From positions 384,001 through 448,000 of the forward strand of contig CAWFGE010000008.1 in NCBI GenBank assembly GCA_963815195.1: a stretch of DNA of 64,000 nt, in the 5' to 3' direction. Within the stretch, counting starts at the first letter, position 1; each line of letters starts with the position of its first letter. Below the pieces are notes generated by a model. That model was not told the origin of the DNA. It saw only the letters and a list, made by a program, of their open reading frames with translations, and did no database searches. Both the position numbers and the translations under genes were made by a program. Positions 31,618-43,601 of the stretch are shown one piece after another. Source of the DNA: an uncultured Planctomycetaceae bacterium. GTDB lineage: Bacteria; Planctomycetota; Planctomycetia; Planctomycetales; Planctomycetaceae.

Positions 31618-32451
31618 TCAGCCCTCCTTCGCCGCGTGATACTCGCGGCGAATGTGCTCCAAATTCACCTTCGGTTCGGGGCGCTTCATGTTCAATCCTT
31701 CCAGGTGTTCCACGACGATCCGGGCCACGGCCAGGTTCCGGAACCACTTGTGGTCGGCCGGGATCACAAACCAGGGCGCGTGATCCGTGCTGCACCGAGA
31801 CAAGGCGTCCTCATAAGCCGCCACGTAATCGTCCCAGAAGGTGCGCTCTTTGTAGTCGGCCTCGCTGATCTTCCATTGCTTGGCCGGGTCGTCGAGCCGC
31901 TCCTTGAAGCGAGTCAATTGTTCTTCTTTGGAAATGTGCAGGTAGAACTTGAGAATGTGGGTGTCGTGTTCGACCAGGCCTTTCTCGAAGTCGTTGATGC
32001 GCTCGTAGCGTTGGGACCACACCACTTTCGGAACCAGGTTGTGGACGCGGACGACAAGTACGTCCTCGTAGTGGGAGCGGTTGAAAATGGCGACTTGCCC
32101 TCTGGCCGGCGCGGCCGGGTGAATCCGCCACAAAAAGTCGTGCGCCGCCTCCTCGGCGGATGGCTGCTTGAAACCCTCGACACGACAGCCCTGGGGATTC
32201 ATCGCCCCCAGGATGTGGTTGATCGTTCCGTCCTTTCCCCCCGTGTCCATGCCTTGCAACACGATGAGCAAGGAAGATCGGCCCTCCGCATAAAGCAACT
32301 CCTGCAGTTCGCGGAGCTTCGTGCGGTCTTCCTCAAGCTCCGCGGCAGCTTCCTCGTGGCTTTCGTGATGCTTATCCTTGTACGCCGGGTCGATGTTCTG
32401 CAGCTTGACTGTACTGCCTGGTGCCACTCGAAATCGATCGACATATTTCAT
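31618..32451 (-). CDS. ppk2: Polyphosphate kinase 2 family protein
   Basis: LQGMDTGGKDG, FKQPS, FNRSHYEDVL and WFVIPADHKW motifs. Confidence 0.9.
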   Translation of the reverse strand: MKYVDRFRVAPGSTVKLQNIDPAYKDKHHESHEEAAAELEEDRTKLRELQELLYAEGRSSLLIVLQGMDTGGKDGTINHILGAMNPQGCRVEGFKQPSAEEAAHDFLWRIHPAAPARGQVAIFNRSHYEDVLVVRVHNLVPKVVWSQRYERINDFEKGLVEHDTHILKFYLHISKEEQLTRFKERLDDPAKQWKISEADYKERTFWDDYVAAYEDALSRCSTDHAPWFVIPADHKWFRNLAVARIVVEHLEGLNMKRPEPKVNLEHIRREYHAAKEG

Positions 32452-32494
32452 CTTGATTCTCCTGTCGCGTTCTTTCCGCGCGATCCACATTGGT

Positions 32495-35167
32495 TCATTT
32501 GGGAGTCTTGTCTTTTTTGCGAATCTCTCGCTCCGCCTCTTCCCAGTCCTGGACTCCTCGACGGCGGTCCTCGTAGAGTTCATAAGCTCGTTTCGCGATC
32601 TCCGGCGTCAAATCGGTCGGCGTTTCGCCTTTGACTTCAGGCTTTGGTCCGCTATTGGCGGGATCCAGCATTCGATACGCAATCAGTTTCACTCGGTCAC
32701 TTAACAGAAACCACAGCAGAGCATAGCCCCACACGAATCCGGCCCAGCCCCAACCGAGTGGGGGCATGAATAGCCCGTAAACCGCAATCAGCGTCGCCAA
32801 GATTTGCGTACCGAGTACCGCCATCCATAGAATCCGCGCGGGGCGTATGGACCAGAACGGGCCGCGCGTGCGGGTCATGAAAATGGTCAGATGCCCCGCT
32901 ACGGACAGCATCAAATACATCATCGGCTGGAGATGTGGACGGTCGAGGTGAAACATCCGGTTGCCCAGGTAAAACAGGCCAAAAGCGGCGATGGGTCCGA
33001 CGATGCCCAGCACCGTGGCGATGCCCAGCACGAGCTGCATGTTCCAGGCCTCGGGCTTATCGTCGTAATGCACGTTGTCATAGGCTATGGAGAGGATCGC
33101 GCCGTCATTGAGCAACGCCAGCATCACAATCATCAGCGCAGTCAGAGGGTAAAAGTCAAAAATTACAATCGCCGCCGTCATAAACAACAGCACGCGCAGC
33201 GTCTCGGCGATGCGGTAGATCGCATAGCTGTTCATCCGCTGGAAGATTTTCCGGCTCTCTTTAATGGCGTCGATGATCACCGACAAGCCGGGCGCCACCA
33301 GCACGATGGACGCCGCCGCGCGGGCCGCGTCCGTCGCGCCGGAAACGGCGATGCCGCAATCGGCTTTCTTGAGCGCAGGGGCGTCATTCACGCCGTCGCC
33401 CGTCATGCCAACGATGTGCCCGCGTTTTTGCAGGACATCGACAATGTGGTACTTGTGTTCGGGAAACACCTGGGCGAAGCCATCGGCCTTGTCGATCGAC
33501 TCCGCCACCTCCGAGGTCTCTTGCTTTTTCGAATCGCCCAGGCTGGCCGCGTCGAGGATATTGGCACCCATGTCCAGCTTTTTGGCGGTCTCCTTGGCGA
33601 TGGCGAGTGCATCGCCCGTCACCATTTTGACCTTCACGCCCATCTTGCGAGCCTCCGCGACGGTTGCCTTGGCATCGTCCCGTGGCGGATCGAACAGTGG
33701 CAACACACCTAGGAATTGCCATGGCCCGTCTCCCTCGGCGCGCGCCACGCCCAATGAGCGAAAGCCACGCGCTGCGAAGTCGTTGACCGCCTTGTCGACG
33801 GCGGGTTTCACGTCTCCGGCATTGGCTGACAATGCCAAAATCACCTGGGGCGCCCCCTTTGTGACCTTGAACTCCTTTCCGTCCGCGCCCTTGACGGTGG
33901 CCTCAGTGCGTTTATGAACCGGGTCGAACGGCAGGAAATGAACCGCCTGATAGCTCTTCAAGGCCTGGTCATCCTTCACGCCAACAAGGACAGCGAGATC
34001 AATGGTGTCGTTGTCCTCGGCGCGTGAAGCCAGCGCACCAGCCAGGATGACCTGGTCGGCAGGGACGCCGTTGATTGTGAACGGGTCGCCGAGCGTCAGC
34101 TTGTTTTGCGTCAGGGTGCCGGTCTTGTCCGCGCACAGCACATCCACGCCCGCCAACTCCTCGATGGCCTCCAGCCTGCTCACAATCGCTTGCTTCCTGG
34201 AAAGCAGTCTCGCTCCGACCGCCATCGTTACCGACAACACCGTGGGCATCGCCACCGGAATGGCCGCGACCGTGAGAATGAGGGCGAACAAGAGGACCGG
34301 GTCCTTCGGAGGTTTCGCGTAGAGCATCGGTTCGCCGCGGAAGAACCCGACCGTTATAATCACGGCCACCAGAGCCACCGCGAGGATAATCAGATACTTG
34401 CCGATCTTCAGCACGGCCTGTTGAAAATGGCTGTCGGTGTGCGCTTCCTGGACGAGTTGCGCCGTCTTCCCAAAGTAGGTGTTGGCTCCCGTCGCATAGA
34501 CCAGTGCGCCGATTTCACCCCGACGTATGATGGAACCAGAAAACACCGGCTGGCCGGATTTCCGCGTGGCGGGCAACGACTCTCCCGTGAGCGCGGACTG
34601 ATCCACTGACACCTCGTCGCCGTCCAGCAAGCGCGCATCCGCCGGGACAATGTCGCCCAGGCGCAGGCGGATGACGTCGCCCGGTACCAACTCACGGGCT
34701 AGGGGATTGATCCATTTACCGTCCCGTTTCACTCGGGCGGTGATCGCCAGCCTGGCCTTCAGGGCGTCGATGGCGTTGCCGGCCTGGTGTTCTTCCCAAA
34801 ATCCGACCACGGCATTGCAAAGCAGCAGAAAGAGGATGATGCCAAAATCCTCCCAGTGGCCGACGACGGCCGACAGAATCACCGCCACCTCGATCATCCA
34901 CGGGATGGGGCCCCAGAAATAGGTGAGGAATTTCAGAAGCGGATTGGCCGACTTTTCTTCGATCTCGTTTGGCCCATATTGGGTCAGCCGCTTCTGCGCC
35001 TCGGCTTGACTCAGCCCGTCCGGCGACGATCCCAGTTTTTTCTCCACCTCCGCCATGGGCAGCGATTTCAGGTCGTCCTTCGGATCTGGCTTGGCATCAG
35101 GTTTCGCGTCGGCTTTGGCATCAGGCTTCGATTCTGGAGCCTCGTGCTGGTCAGTCTCTGTTTTCAT
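32495..35167 (-). CDS. Plasma-membrane-type proton-efflux P-type ATPase (P3A)
   Basis: FWGPIPWMIE, DQSALTGES, IPVAMPTV, DKTGTLT, KGAPQ, TGDGVNDAP and ALLND motifs. Confidence 0.92.
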   Translation of the reverse strand: MKTETDQHEAPESKPDAKADAKPDAKPDPKDDLKSLPMAEVEKKLGSSPDGLSQAEAQKRLTQYGPNEIEEKSANPLLKFLTYFWGPIPWMIEVAVILSAVVGHWEDFGIILFLLLCNAVVGFWEEHQAGNAIDALKARLAITARVKRDGKWINPLARELVPGDVIRLRLGDIVPADARLLDGDEVSVDQSALTGESLPATRKSGQPVFSGSIIRRGEIGALVYATGANTYFGKTAQLVQEAHTDSHFQQAVLKIGKYLIILAVALVAVIITVGFFRGEPMLYAKPPKDPVLLFALILTVAAIPVAMPTVLSVTMAVGARLLSRKQAIVSRLEAIEELAGVDVLCADKTGTLTQNKLTLGDPFTINGVPADQVILAGALASRAEDNDTIDLAVLVGVKDDQALKSYQAVHFLPFDPVHKRTEATVKGADGKEFKVTKGAPQVILALSANAGDVKPAVDKAVNDFAARGFRSLGVARAEGDGPWQFLGVLPLFDPPRDDAKATVAEARKMGVKVKMVTGDALAIAKETAKKLDMGANILDAASLGDSKKQETSEVAESIDKADGFAQVFPEHKYHIVDVLQKRGHIVGMTGDGVNDAPALKKADCGIAVSGATDAARAAASIVLVAPGLSVIIDAIKESRKIFQRMNSYAIYRIAETLRVLLFMTAAIVIFDFYPLTALMIVMLALLNDGAILSIAYDNVHYDDKPEAWNMQLVLGIATVLGIVGPIAAFGLFYLGNRMFHLDRPHLQPMMYLMLSVAGHLTIFMTRTRGPFWSIRPARILWMAVLGTQILATLIAVYGLFMPPLGWGWAGFVWGYALLWFLLSDRVKLIAYRMLDPANSGPKPEVKGETPTDLTPEIAKRAYELYEDRRRGVQDWEEAEREIRKKDKTPK

Positions 35168-35270
35168 GCGTTGGCTTCCTTTCACGATTTTGAGTTCTCG
35201 AAACCCGGCGAGTTACCCCTTTGTTTCCAGCGGGGTGCCAGCGCCTCGGTTGAGTGCCGGTTGAAATACT

Positions 35271-35852
35271 TCATTGGGGGGCCGAGTTCCACAGCGCGAT
35301 CGCGGGTTGGTCGGTGCAATCATGCTCATAACAGAGAATGCTGAGCGAAGCCGTGTTGAGCAGAAAGTGCTCCGCCTGCGCGACGGACAGCCCAATCCAC
35401 CGGGCGGCCAGAACGCGGCCCAAATGGCCGTGGGAAAAGAGTGCGATATTTCCATCCCAGGCGCGGACTCGGGTAATGAGGCGGTCAGCGCGGATCGAAA
35501 TCTCGGCTGGTGTTTCCCCGCGGGGAGAGCCGTCACGAAAGAGATTCCAGCCAGGCCGCGACGCGAGTATGTCCGCTGGCGTGCGTCCTTCGTCCTCGCC
35601 ATTGTCCCACTCCGCAAGGTCCGGTTCGATTTCGGCTGTCGGAATCAGCCCGGCCAGCGCACAGGTTTGTTGAGCGCGCTTGAGCGGGCTGCTCAGCACA
35701 CGAGCAAACGGAATGTTCCGAATTCGCTGTCCAAGTTCCCGCGCCTCATCCTCGCCGTGTGCGGTTAGAGGAATGTCCGTGCGACCGGTGTATTGGCCAG
35801 AGAGCGACCACTCGGTTTCGCCGTGTCGAACAAGGTAAAGACGCAGTGGCAT
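35271..35852 (-). CDS. Histidine phosphatase family protein
   Basis: LVRHGETEW, SSPLKRA and FSHG motifs. Confidence 0.9.
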   Translation of the reverse strand: MPLRLYLVRHGETEWSLSGQYTGRTDIPLTAHGEDEARELGQRIRNIPFARVLSSPLKRAQQTCALAGLIPTAEIEPDLAEWDNGEDEGRTPADILASRPGWNLFRDGSPRGETPAEISIRADRLITRVRAWDGNIALFSHGHLGRVLAARWIGLSVAQAEHFLLNTASLSILCYEHDCTDQPAIALWNSAPQ

Positions 35853-35854
35853 AA

Positions 35855-36881
35855 TTAGGCCCCTTTCACTTCCATCGCGGGATTGTATTCGCCACGGCGC
35901 GCCTCCCGATTGCATTGGGCGCGGTGCAACAGGGCCTGCTGAGCCGCTCTCACGTTGGCCTCCTGGCCTTGCCAGATCTCCAAAGCCGGTTGCTGGATGG
36001 CTCGGGCAAACGAAAATGCCAACGCCCATGGCGCTCGCGAATGGAATTGAACATTCATGGCATTCAGACGGGCCGAGGCCAGTTCAGCGGATTGGCCGCC
36101 CGAAAGGAATGCAATCCCCGGCACGGCACCAGGGACGGCGCAAGAGACAACTCACCGTGGCGTCGGCGACCTCGTCCACGCTTGCCTGCTCGGGACAGGC
36201 CAATCCCGGGAGCACCATGTTGGGCTTCAGAAGCATCCCCTCCAGCGCCACTCGTTGCATAAAAAGCTGGCCGAACACCGTGTGTAAGACGAGTTCCGTC
36301 ACCTCTCGGCATCGCTGCAGAGTATGCTCGCCGTCCATGAGTACCTCCGGCTCGACAATGGGCACCAGTCCACATTCCTGGCTCAATGCCGCGTAGCGCG
36401 CCAGCGCGTGGGCATTGGCCTCGATGCATCCTCGGCTGGGAAGGCGATCGCCAATGGCAATCACCGCGCGCCACTTGGCAAAACGAGCGCCCATTTGGGA
36501 GTATCTAGTCAAGCGCTCGCGCAAGCCGTCCAGACCTTCTGTGACTTTCTCTCCCGAATGACCTGCCATGTCCTTAGCGCCAAGGTCCACTTTCATGCCG
36601 GGAATAATTCCCGCGTCGGTGAGGACTTTCACAAACGAAACGCCGCTTTTCGTCTGCTGACGGATCGTCTCATCGTAGAGGATCGCGCCGCTGATCGAAT
36701 CGCCGAGGCCGGGCGTGGTCACGATCAACTCCCGATAGGCGCGCCGGGCCTCCTGGGTTTGGGGAATCCCTAACCTGGCAAATCGTTTGTTGCAGGTGGG
36801 GTTGCTTTCATCCATTGCCAGCAGACCCTTGTCGCCAGCGACCAATTCCTTCGCGGTGTCTATCAGTTGTCGTGCGTTCAT
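35855..36881 (-). pseudogene. Class I fructose-bisphosphate aldolase, frameshift near 36140 (possibly a sequencing error)
   Basis: KGLLAMDES, FAKWRAV, PIVEPEV and LKPNMV; FLSGGQ...FSFARA continues in another frame. Confidence 0.9.
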
Positions 36882-37249
36882 TGATCGCCACTTCTAAGCC
36901 ATTGCAACGCCTCTTCGTACGCGGATTCCGAAAAGTGCTTGACATCCGGATGCACAAGCTGACCCACGATCTTCGGCAACTCCGCCAGCAAACCATTGTC
37001 GCTGACCACCGCCAGTTTTTTGATTTTTTGGTGATAGCTCTCGATAAGCTGCAAGTGAGCAATCGCGGCTTCGAGGTTCAACCAGCCTGGAAAGGCCTTG
37101 GCGAAGATCATCACCCCGGCCAGGATGCCATGCTCCGCAAGATAGGGATCAATCTCATTAGCCACAGCCTCAAAGTCCGCTGCATCGAGTGGAGATGAGG
37201 GTTCGAGAATGAGTATCCCGTCGGGCAAAAGCAGTTTGTGTTTGAGCAT
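36878..37249 (-). CDS. STAS/SEC14 (SpoIIAA-like) domain protein
   Basis: LDAADF...IDPYL...FPGW...HQKIKKLAVVSD...A..WL. Confidence 0.75.
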   Translation of the reverse strand: MLKHKLLLPDGILILEPSSPLDAADFEAVANEIDPYLAEHGILAGVMIFAKAFPGWLNLEAAIAHLQLIESYHQKIKKLAVVSDNGLLAELPKIVGQLVHPDVKHFSESAYEEALQWLRSGDQ

Positions 37250-37293
37250 AGAGTTGTTCCTTGTCGTGGCACGGCGGTCTCCACCGTGGTTTG

Positions 37294-39732
37294 TCAAATG
37301 GGTTTCTCGGTGGAGATCACCGAGTTTGCTTTTAGTGAAGATTGACTCCATTTCCAGTTCCGGATTTCCGGCATGTCCTCGCCATACTTGTCGATGTACT
37401 GCTTGTGCTCGATCAGCTTGTCCTTGAGTTGCTGCTTCAGGTAAACGCCTTTGTCGCCGGTCTGCGGCAGGCGGTCGATGGTATCCATCACCAGATGAAA
37501 TCGATCCAGATCGTTCAGCACGGTCATATCGAAGGGCGTGGTAATGGTCCCCTCTTCCTTGTAGCCGCGGACGTGGATGTTGTCGTGGTTGGTGCGGCGG
37601 TAGGTCAGCCGATGGATCAACCACGGGTAGGCATGGAAGGCGAAAATGACCGGCTTGTCCTTGGTGAAGAGCTCGTCGAATTCGATGTCGCTCAAACCGT
37701 GCGGATGCTCGCTCTGCGGCTGCAGCTTCATGAGGTCGACAACGTTGACGACCCGGATTCTCAGGTCGGGCAAATGTTCTCGCATGATGGAGACGGCGGC
37801 GAGTGTTTCCAGCGTAGGCACGTCGCCACAACAGGCCATGACCACGTCGGGCGCCGCACCCTGGTCGTTGCTCGCCCATTGCCAGATGCCGATCCCTTCG
37901 GAGCAGTGCTTGACCGCGGCCTCCATCGTCAGCCACTGAGGCGCCGGGTGTTTGCCTGCGATCACGACGTTCACGTAATGGCGACTGCGGAGGCAATGGT
38001 CCATCACCGACAGCAGGCAGTTGGCATCCGGTGGCAGGTAGACCCGCACGACCTCAGCCTTCTTGTTCACCACGTGGTCGATGAAACCGGGGTCCTGGTG
38101 CGTAAAGCCGTTGTGATCCTGCCGCCAGACATGCGAGGCCAACAGGTAATTCAACGACGAGATCTTCCGTCGCCACGGCAGACCCGCCGTGACCTTCAAC
38201 CACTTGGCGTGCTGGTTGAACATCGAATCGATGATGTGGATGAACGCCTCGTAGCAGTTGAAAACGCCATGCCGTCCGGTCAGCAGGTAGCCTTCGAGCC
38301 AGCCTTCACATTGGTGTTCGCTGAGCATTTCCATCACGCGCCCGTCGGGCGCCAGGAATTCGTCGTTCGGAAGGGTCGCGGCGTCCCACTGGCGCTGCGT
38401 CACTTCAAACAGGGATTCCAAGCCGTTGGAAAGCGTCTCGTCCGGGCCAAAGACGCGGAAGTTCCGCCGCTCGCCGTTCAACTTCTCCACATCGCGCAGG
38501 AAACGTCCGAGCGCATGGGTATCGCCGATGCCGCGAACCCCGGGCGAAGTCACGTCGATCGCATATTCGCGGAAATCCGGCATCCGCAGGTCGCGGAGCA
38601 GCATGCCGCCGTTGGCGTGCGGATTGGCACCCATGCGTCGATCCCCCTGCGGCGCGAGTTCGGCCAGTTCCGGTTTCAGCCGACCTCTCTCGTCGAACAA
38701 CTCCTCCGGCCGATAACTTCGCAGCCAGTCTTCCAGCATTTGAAGATGTTTTGGATGAGTGGCCGGGTCGGAGATCGGCACCTGATGCGCCCGAAAGGTA
38801 CCCTCAATCTGCAGACCGTCGACAACTTTCGGCCCCGTCCAACCCTTGGGAGATTTGAGAACGATCATCGGCCAGCGCGGACGCGTAAGATTGCCGTGGA
38901 CGCGAGCGTCGTGCTGGATCTGCTTGATCTGCTCCACTGCCGTGTCGAGCGTCGTGGCCATCGCCTCATGCATCAGCGCGGGATCGTGACCCTCGACGAA
39001 GTAGGGCGTCCATCCATAGCCGCGGAGCAACTGCTCCAATTCCTCTTGCTCGATGCGGGCCAAGACGGTCGGGTTGGAGATCTTGTATCCGTTGAGGTGC
39101 AGGATCGGCAGCACCGCGCCGTCGGTGGCCGGATCGAGAAACTTGTTGGAATGCCAGGCCGTGGCCAACGGCCCGGTTTCGGCCTCGCCGTCGCCGACGA
39201 CGCAGGCCACGATGAGATCGGGATTGTCGAACACGGCTCCGAACGAATGACTGAGCGAATAGCCCAACTCGCCTCCCTCGTGAATCGAGCCCGGACACTC
39301 CGGAGAGGCGTGGCTGGGAATGCCGCCGGGAAACGAAAACTGCTTGAAGAGCTTTTGCAGTCCGGCTTCGTCCTGGCTGATGTCGGGATAGATCTCGCTG
39401 TAGGTGCCTTCGAGGTATGTGTTGCCCACGACAGCCGGGCCGCCATGCCCAGGGCCGGACACATAGATCATGTCGAGTTCATATTTCTTGATGACGCGGT
39501 TCAAGTGCACGTAAATGAAGTTCTGCCCCGGCGTCGTCCCCCAGTGTCCCAGCAGCATGTGCTTTACATCCGCAAGCGCCAGGGACCGCCTCAGCAGCGG
39601 ATTGTCGAAGAGATAAATCTGGCCGACGGACAGATAATTCGCGGTGCGCCAGTAGGCATCCATCTTGTCCAGAAGTTCCGGGGATAGATGTTCTGTCTTC
39701 TTGGTTTCCGCGGTCGTGGTTTCTATCGGCAT
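37294..39732 (-). CDS. xfp: Xylulose-5-P/fructose-6-P phosphoketolase
   Basis: [31 protein letters not shown] and QDHNGFTHQ motifs. Confidence 0.96.
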   Translation of the reverse strand: MPIETTTAETKKTEHLSPELLDKMDAYWRTANYLSVGQIYLFDNPLLRRSLALADVKHMLLGHWGTTPGQNFIYVHLNRVIKKYELDMIYVSGPGHGGPAVVGNTYLEGTYSEIYPDISQDEAGLQKLFKQFSFPGGIPSHASPECPGSIHEGGELGYSLSHSFGAVFDNPDLIVACVVGDGEAETGPLATAWHSNKFLDPATDGAVLPILHLNGYKISNPTVLARIEQEELEQLLRGYGWTPYFVEGHDPALMHEAMATTLDTAVEQIKQIQHDARVHGNLTRPRWPMIVLKSPKGWTGPKVVDGLQIEGTFRAHQVPISDPATHPKHLQMLEDWLRSYRPEELFDERGRLKPELAELAPQGDRRMGANPHANGGMLLRDLRMPDFREYAIDVTSPGVRGIGDTHALGRFLRDVEKLNGERRNFRVFGPDETLSNGLESLFEVTQRQWDAATLPNDEFLAPDGRVMEMLSEHQCEGWLEGYLLTGRHGVFNCYEAFIHIIDSMFNQHAKWLKVTAGLPWRRKISSLNYLLASHVWRQDHNGFTHQDPGFIDHVVNKKAEVVRVYLPPDANCLLSVMDHCLRSRHYVNVVIAGKHPAPQWLTMEAAVKHCSEGIGIWQWASNDQGAAPDVVMACCGDVPTLETLAAVSIMREHLPDLRIRVVNVVDLMKLQPQSEHPHGLSDIEFDELFTKDKPVIFAFHAYPWLIHRLTYRRTNHDNIHVRGYKEEGTITTPFDMTVLNDLDRFHLVMDTIDRLPQTGDKGVYLKQQLKDKLIEHKQYIDKYGEDMPEIRNWKWSQSSLKANSVISTEKPI

Positions 39733-39749
39733 GATTCTCTCCTTTTTGT

Positions 39750-40940
39750 TTAGTTGAGGCCGAGGACGCGACACACGTTCTTGGCGATCATGAGTTGTTC
39801 GTCCGTGTGTATAACGCGGACCGCAACTCGGCTCGCTTCCGCGGAGATCACGGCTTCATTCGCGGTATTTTGCTTTTCATCGATTGCGATTCCAAGGAAC
39901 CCCAGTTCATTGCAAATGCGGTGCCGGATTGGCGGAGCGTTTTCACCAATGCCACCGGCGAACACCAGTGTGTCCAATCCGCCGAGCACCGCCGCAAAGG
40001 CACCGATCCATTTCTTGACCTGGTAGCAGAACAGCGCGACGGCTTCAGCCGCTCGCACGTCCTGCGACTCGCGGTCGAGCAACTCGCGCATGTCGGCACT
40101 GGTCTCCGAAACGCCCAGCAGACCCGACTGGGAATTCGCCATCTCGTTGAATTGCGTCGCAGTCATTTGTTCGGTACGCGCCAGATACCCAATCAATCCG
40201 GGGTCAAGATCGCCGGATCGGGTGCTCATGGGCACACCCGCGGTCGGCGTGAAGCCCATGCTGGTGTCAATGCTCTTGCCGTTGCAGACGGCGGCCAGGC
40301 TCGCGCCGTTCCCGAGATGCGCAAGGATCACGCGGCCACCTGTTGGGGCCGGGTCGCCGAGCCGTGCGAGTTCTTCCATCAGATAGGCATAGGACAATCC
40401 GTGGAAACCATAACGCTCGACGCCCTGAGTCGCGTAACGACGGGGAATCGGCAGCAGCTTGGCAACCCGCGGCATGGTGCGGTGAAACGCCGTGTCAAAG
40501 CAGGCCACTTGAGGCAGTTTGGCATGGCGCTGCAGAAACGCTTCGATCAGTTCGATCTCGCCGGGCAGATGTTCTGGATCATACGGGCCGATGCGATGGA
40601 GTTCGGTTAACAATTCCGCTGTGACCAACTCGGGTTGAGTGTGTTTCATTCCATGGACCACGCGGTGTCCTACGGCTTCAACGGAAATCAACTCGCCCTG
40701 CTCATCGAGCCAATCCATCAGAAAGTGCACGGCCGATTTGTGAGTCGAATCGGTGAGGCGGATACTCTCCGGCGGATCCCTGGTTGGTTCGTTGAACGTC
40801 AGATTCGTCCCGCTCAGCCCGATACGATCAATCATTCCGGACAGACGGCGCTCCAGCGGTTTGCCCGATTCGAATAGCGCGAACTTGATGCTCGACGAGC
40901 CGCCGTTGATCGTCAAGACGCGCGGCTTAGCTCGTTTCAT
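39750..40940 (-). CDS. ackA: Acetate kinase
   Basis: [34 protein letters not shown] and GGIGEN motifs. Confidence 0.95.
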   Translation of the reverse strand: MKRAKPRVLTINGGSSSIKFALFESGKPLERRLSGMIDRIGLSGTNLTFNEPTRDPPESIRLTDSTHKSAVHFLMDWLDEQGELISVEAVGHRVVHGMKHTQPELVTAELLTELHRIGPYDPEHLPGEIELIEAFLQRHAKLPQVACFDTAFHRTMPRVAKLLPIPRRYATQGVERYGFHGLSYAYLMEELARLGDPAPTGGRVILAHLGNGASLAAVCNGKSIDTSMGFTPTAGVPMSTRSGDLDPGLIGYLARTEQMTATQFNEMANSQSGLLGVSETSADMRELLDRESQDVRAAEAVALFCYQVKKWIGAFAAVLGGLDTLVFAGGIGENAPPIRHRICNELGFLGIAIDEKQNTANEAVISAEASRVAVRVIHTDEQLMIAKNVCRVLGLN

Positions 40941-41042
40941 GGATGACTCCCCCGACAACCGTCGAATGCCCTGCGACGAATATCATGCTGCAGCGAGCAG
41001 CCAGGTGATAGGTCGTTGCGCCAGATGCCACTGGTGTGTTCA

Positions 41043-43601
41043 TCATCTTTGCCATCGGATTCGAGTGAATTCCAACGGAACCGCTACTCCGGAGCGTTGA
41101 GGTACCAATCGCACCGTGTAGTCGCTAACGGGTCGTGTCGTGGGGACTGTCGCGTGATACACGCGGCGGCCATCGTCAGATGGTGGTTCCCCACACGTCA
41201 TTGCCTCTCGTATTGGAGCGTCGCCGTTGACTCCGTCCGCATAGAGCTGCACCCGGAATTCGTTCGGGTCGAAATCATTCAGCACGATGTCAACTTCGAA
41301 CTTATGGTGGTCTGAGTTGGTTTCAACCCGCGACTCTCCGATCTGGAACGAGTTCCACTTCCGATCCACCGCATGCTGCCAATCAACCATTTGCCTGCCC
41401 ACCGCACCCTGATCGGCCGCGCGCTCGCGGTAGGCGGCGGCCGCCGGCAGGTAGTGATCTTCGGTGTATTCGCAAACCGCCCGGCTGGCGGAGAAACGCG
41501 GCGTCAACCGCGCCATGCTTTCGCGCATTCGCTTGACCCAGGCGGTGGGAATGCCCTGGTCGTCACGAGTGTAGAACTCCGGGATCACTTCCCGTTCGAG
41601 CAGTTCGTAGAGTGCCTCGGCTTCGGCTGCATCCCAGGCCGGGTCGTCGCCATGTTCCTGGCCATCCCCCAACGCCCAGCCCACTTGAGGCGCGTATGCT
41701 TCCGCCCACCAGCCATCCAATTCCGAGAGATTGATGCCGCCATTGACGAGAACCTTCATGCCACTGGTGCCACTCGCCTCCCACGGTCGCCGTGGCGTGT
41801 TGATCCAGACATCGACCCCTTGCACGAGATGCTCCGTTAACAGCATGTCGTAGTCGCAGAGGAAAATGATGTGCGGTCTGGTTTCTGGTTGACGAATGAA
41901 TTGGATCCATTCACGAATCAAAGCCTGCCCGGCCTGGTCCTGTGGATGCGCCTTGCCGGCGATGATCAGTTGCACCGGGCGCTCGGAATTCGCCAACAGG
42001 CGCAGCAAACGCGCCCGGTCGTGCAGCAGCAGATTCGGCCGCTTGTACGTCGCGAACCGGCGTGCAAATCCCAATGTCAACGCTTTCGGATCAAAGAGAT
42101 GTTTCGCCCCGTCCACCGCCTCGGGCGGTGCGCCGGACGCGGCGAGTTGCCGGGACAACCGCTCGCGCGCATATTCGACCAGCGACTTGCTGGCGGCAAC
42201 GCGAAATTGCCACAGCCTGGCATCGGAGACGCCGCGCATGTCCTGCTCCAGGGTATCCGTCGTCCCCAGCCAACGGTCCTTCCCACAGGCTTCGGTCCAC
42301 AGATCATCGGCCGGCGCCGAATCCCAGGTCGGCATGTGGACTCCATTCGTCACGTATCCGACCGGCACTTCGTTCTCCGGCCAGTGCGGAAATAGTGGCT
42401 CAAACAGACGCCGGCTGACTTTCCCATGCAAGCGGCTGACGCCATTCACCGCTCCGCTGCCGCGGATGGCCAGATAGGCCATATTAAAAGTCTCCGACGA
42501 ATCGTTGGCGTTCTGGCGGCCCAGCGCCAGCAAATCGTGGACGGAAATGCCAAGCTCTTCCTGGGCGTACCGCCCCAGGTATTGCTCAATGAGAGCCGGA
42601 GCGAAGCCGTCAAAGCCGGCGGCCACCGCCGTGTGGGTCGTAAAAAGGTTCCCCGCTCGCGTAACGGCCAAAGCAACTTCAAAGGGCTGCCCGGTCTCCT
42701 GCATGAAACTGCGGGCGCGTTCCAGCACGGCAAAGGCGGCATGCCCTTCATTCAAATGACAGACCTCCGGCTGGATGCCCAGCGCACGAAGAAGTCGCCA
42801 GCCGCCGATCCCGAGCAGCAACTCCTGCTTCAGTCGCAGCTCCGGCCCACCGCCGTACAGCTCGCTTGTAATCCCACGATGCGCGGGGAAGTTTGCGGCG
42901 TCGTTGCTGTCCAACAGGTACAGCTTGACTCGGCCGACCTGAACCTGCCAGGCGCGCAGCCAAACTGCATAGCCGGGCAACTGAATCTCCAGCCGCAGCC
43001 ACTCGCCGTTCGCTTCGCGCACGGGAGCGATCGGCAACTGTCCGGGATCGTTGTACGGGTAGAGGGCCTGTTGCGCTCCGTCCTGATCGATGACCTGACG
43101 AAAATAACCTTGCTGGTAAAGAAGGCCCACGCCGACGACCGGTACACCCAGGTCGCTGGCGGCTTTCATTTGATCGCCGGCCACGTTGCCCAGCCCGCCA
43201 GAGTAGATCGGCAACGCTTCGCTCAACATGAACTCCATGCTGAAGTAAGCCACACAACTCAGCGCAGAGCCTGGATAAGTTTGCTGAAACCACGCGGGCG
43301 CCTCGACGGCCTGCCGCCTGGTCCGCAACAAGCCGTCCACCTGTTTGCGAAATGCAGGATCGGCCATCACGCGATTGATCTGGTCGCGCGAGACTGTCTG
43401 CAGGATAACCCAGGGGTTGTGTGTGATCTCCCACAATTCCGGATCAAGCTGCCGCCAGACTTCGTCGGTCGCATGATTCCACGACCAACGCAGATCCAGG
43501 GCCAACTCAGACAGGGAATCGAATCCTTCGATTTCCGTGGGGAGAAGATTGTAGATCGGGTGACTCACACGGGTTTTATCGCTCGCCGTTTTCGAATCCA
43601 T
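41043..43601 (-). CDS. glgP: Alpha-glucan (glycogen) phosphorylase
   Basis: YSGGLG, HLNEGH, ARRFATYKR, AGKAHP and EASGTSGMK motifs. Confidence 0.95.
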   Translation of the reverse strand: MDSKTASDKTRVSHPIYNLLPTEIEGFDSLSELALDLRWSWNHATDEVWRQLDPELWEITHNPWVILQTVSRDQINRVMADPAFRKQVDGLLRTRRQAVEAPAWFQQTYPGSALSCVAYFSMEFMLSEALPIYSGGLGNVAGDQMKAASDLGVPVVGVGLLYQQGYFRQVIDQDGAQQALYPYNDPGQLPIAPVREANGEWLRLEIQLPGYAVWLRAWQVQVGRVKLYLLDSNDAANFPAHRGITSELYGGGPELRLKQELLLGIGGWRLLRALGIQPEVCHLNEGHAAFAVLERARSFMQETGQPFEVALAVTRAGNLFTTHTAVAAGFDGFAPALIEQYLGRYAQEELGISVHDLLALGRQNANDSSETFNMAYLAIRGSGAVNGVSRLHGKVSRRLFEPLFPHWPENEVPVGYVTNGVHMPTWDSAPADDLWTEACGKDRWLGTTDTLEQDMRGVSDARLWQFRVAASKSLVEYARERLSRQLAASGAPPEAVDGAKHLFDPKALTLGFARRFATYKRPNLLLHDRARLLRLLANSERPVQLIIAGKAHPQDQAGQALIREWIQFIRQPETRPHIIFLCDYDMLLTEHLVQGVDVWINTPRRPWEASGTSGMKVLVNGGINLSELDGWWAEAYAPQVGWALGDGQEHGDDPAWDAAEAEALYELLEREVIPEFYTRDDQGIPTAWVKRMRESMARLTPRFSASRAVCEYTEDHYLPAAAAYRERAADQGAVGRQMVDWQHAVDRKWNSFQIGESRVETNSDHHKFEVDIVLNDFDPNEFRVQLYADGVNGDAPIREAMTCGEPPSDDGRRVYHATVPTTRPVSDYTVRLVPQRSGVAVPLEFTRIRWQR

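Noticed and set aside
37342..39687. 781-aa plus-strand ORF, and similar ORFs opposite the carbon cluster
   Set aside because: Antisense shadow of xfp and neighbouring genes.
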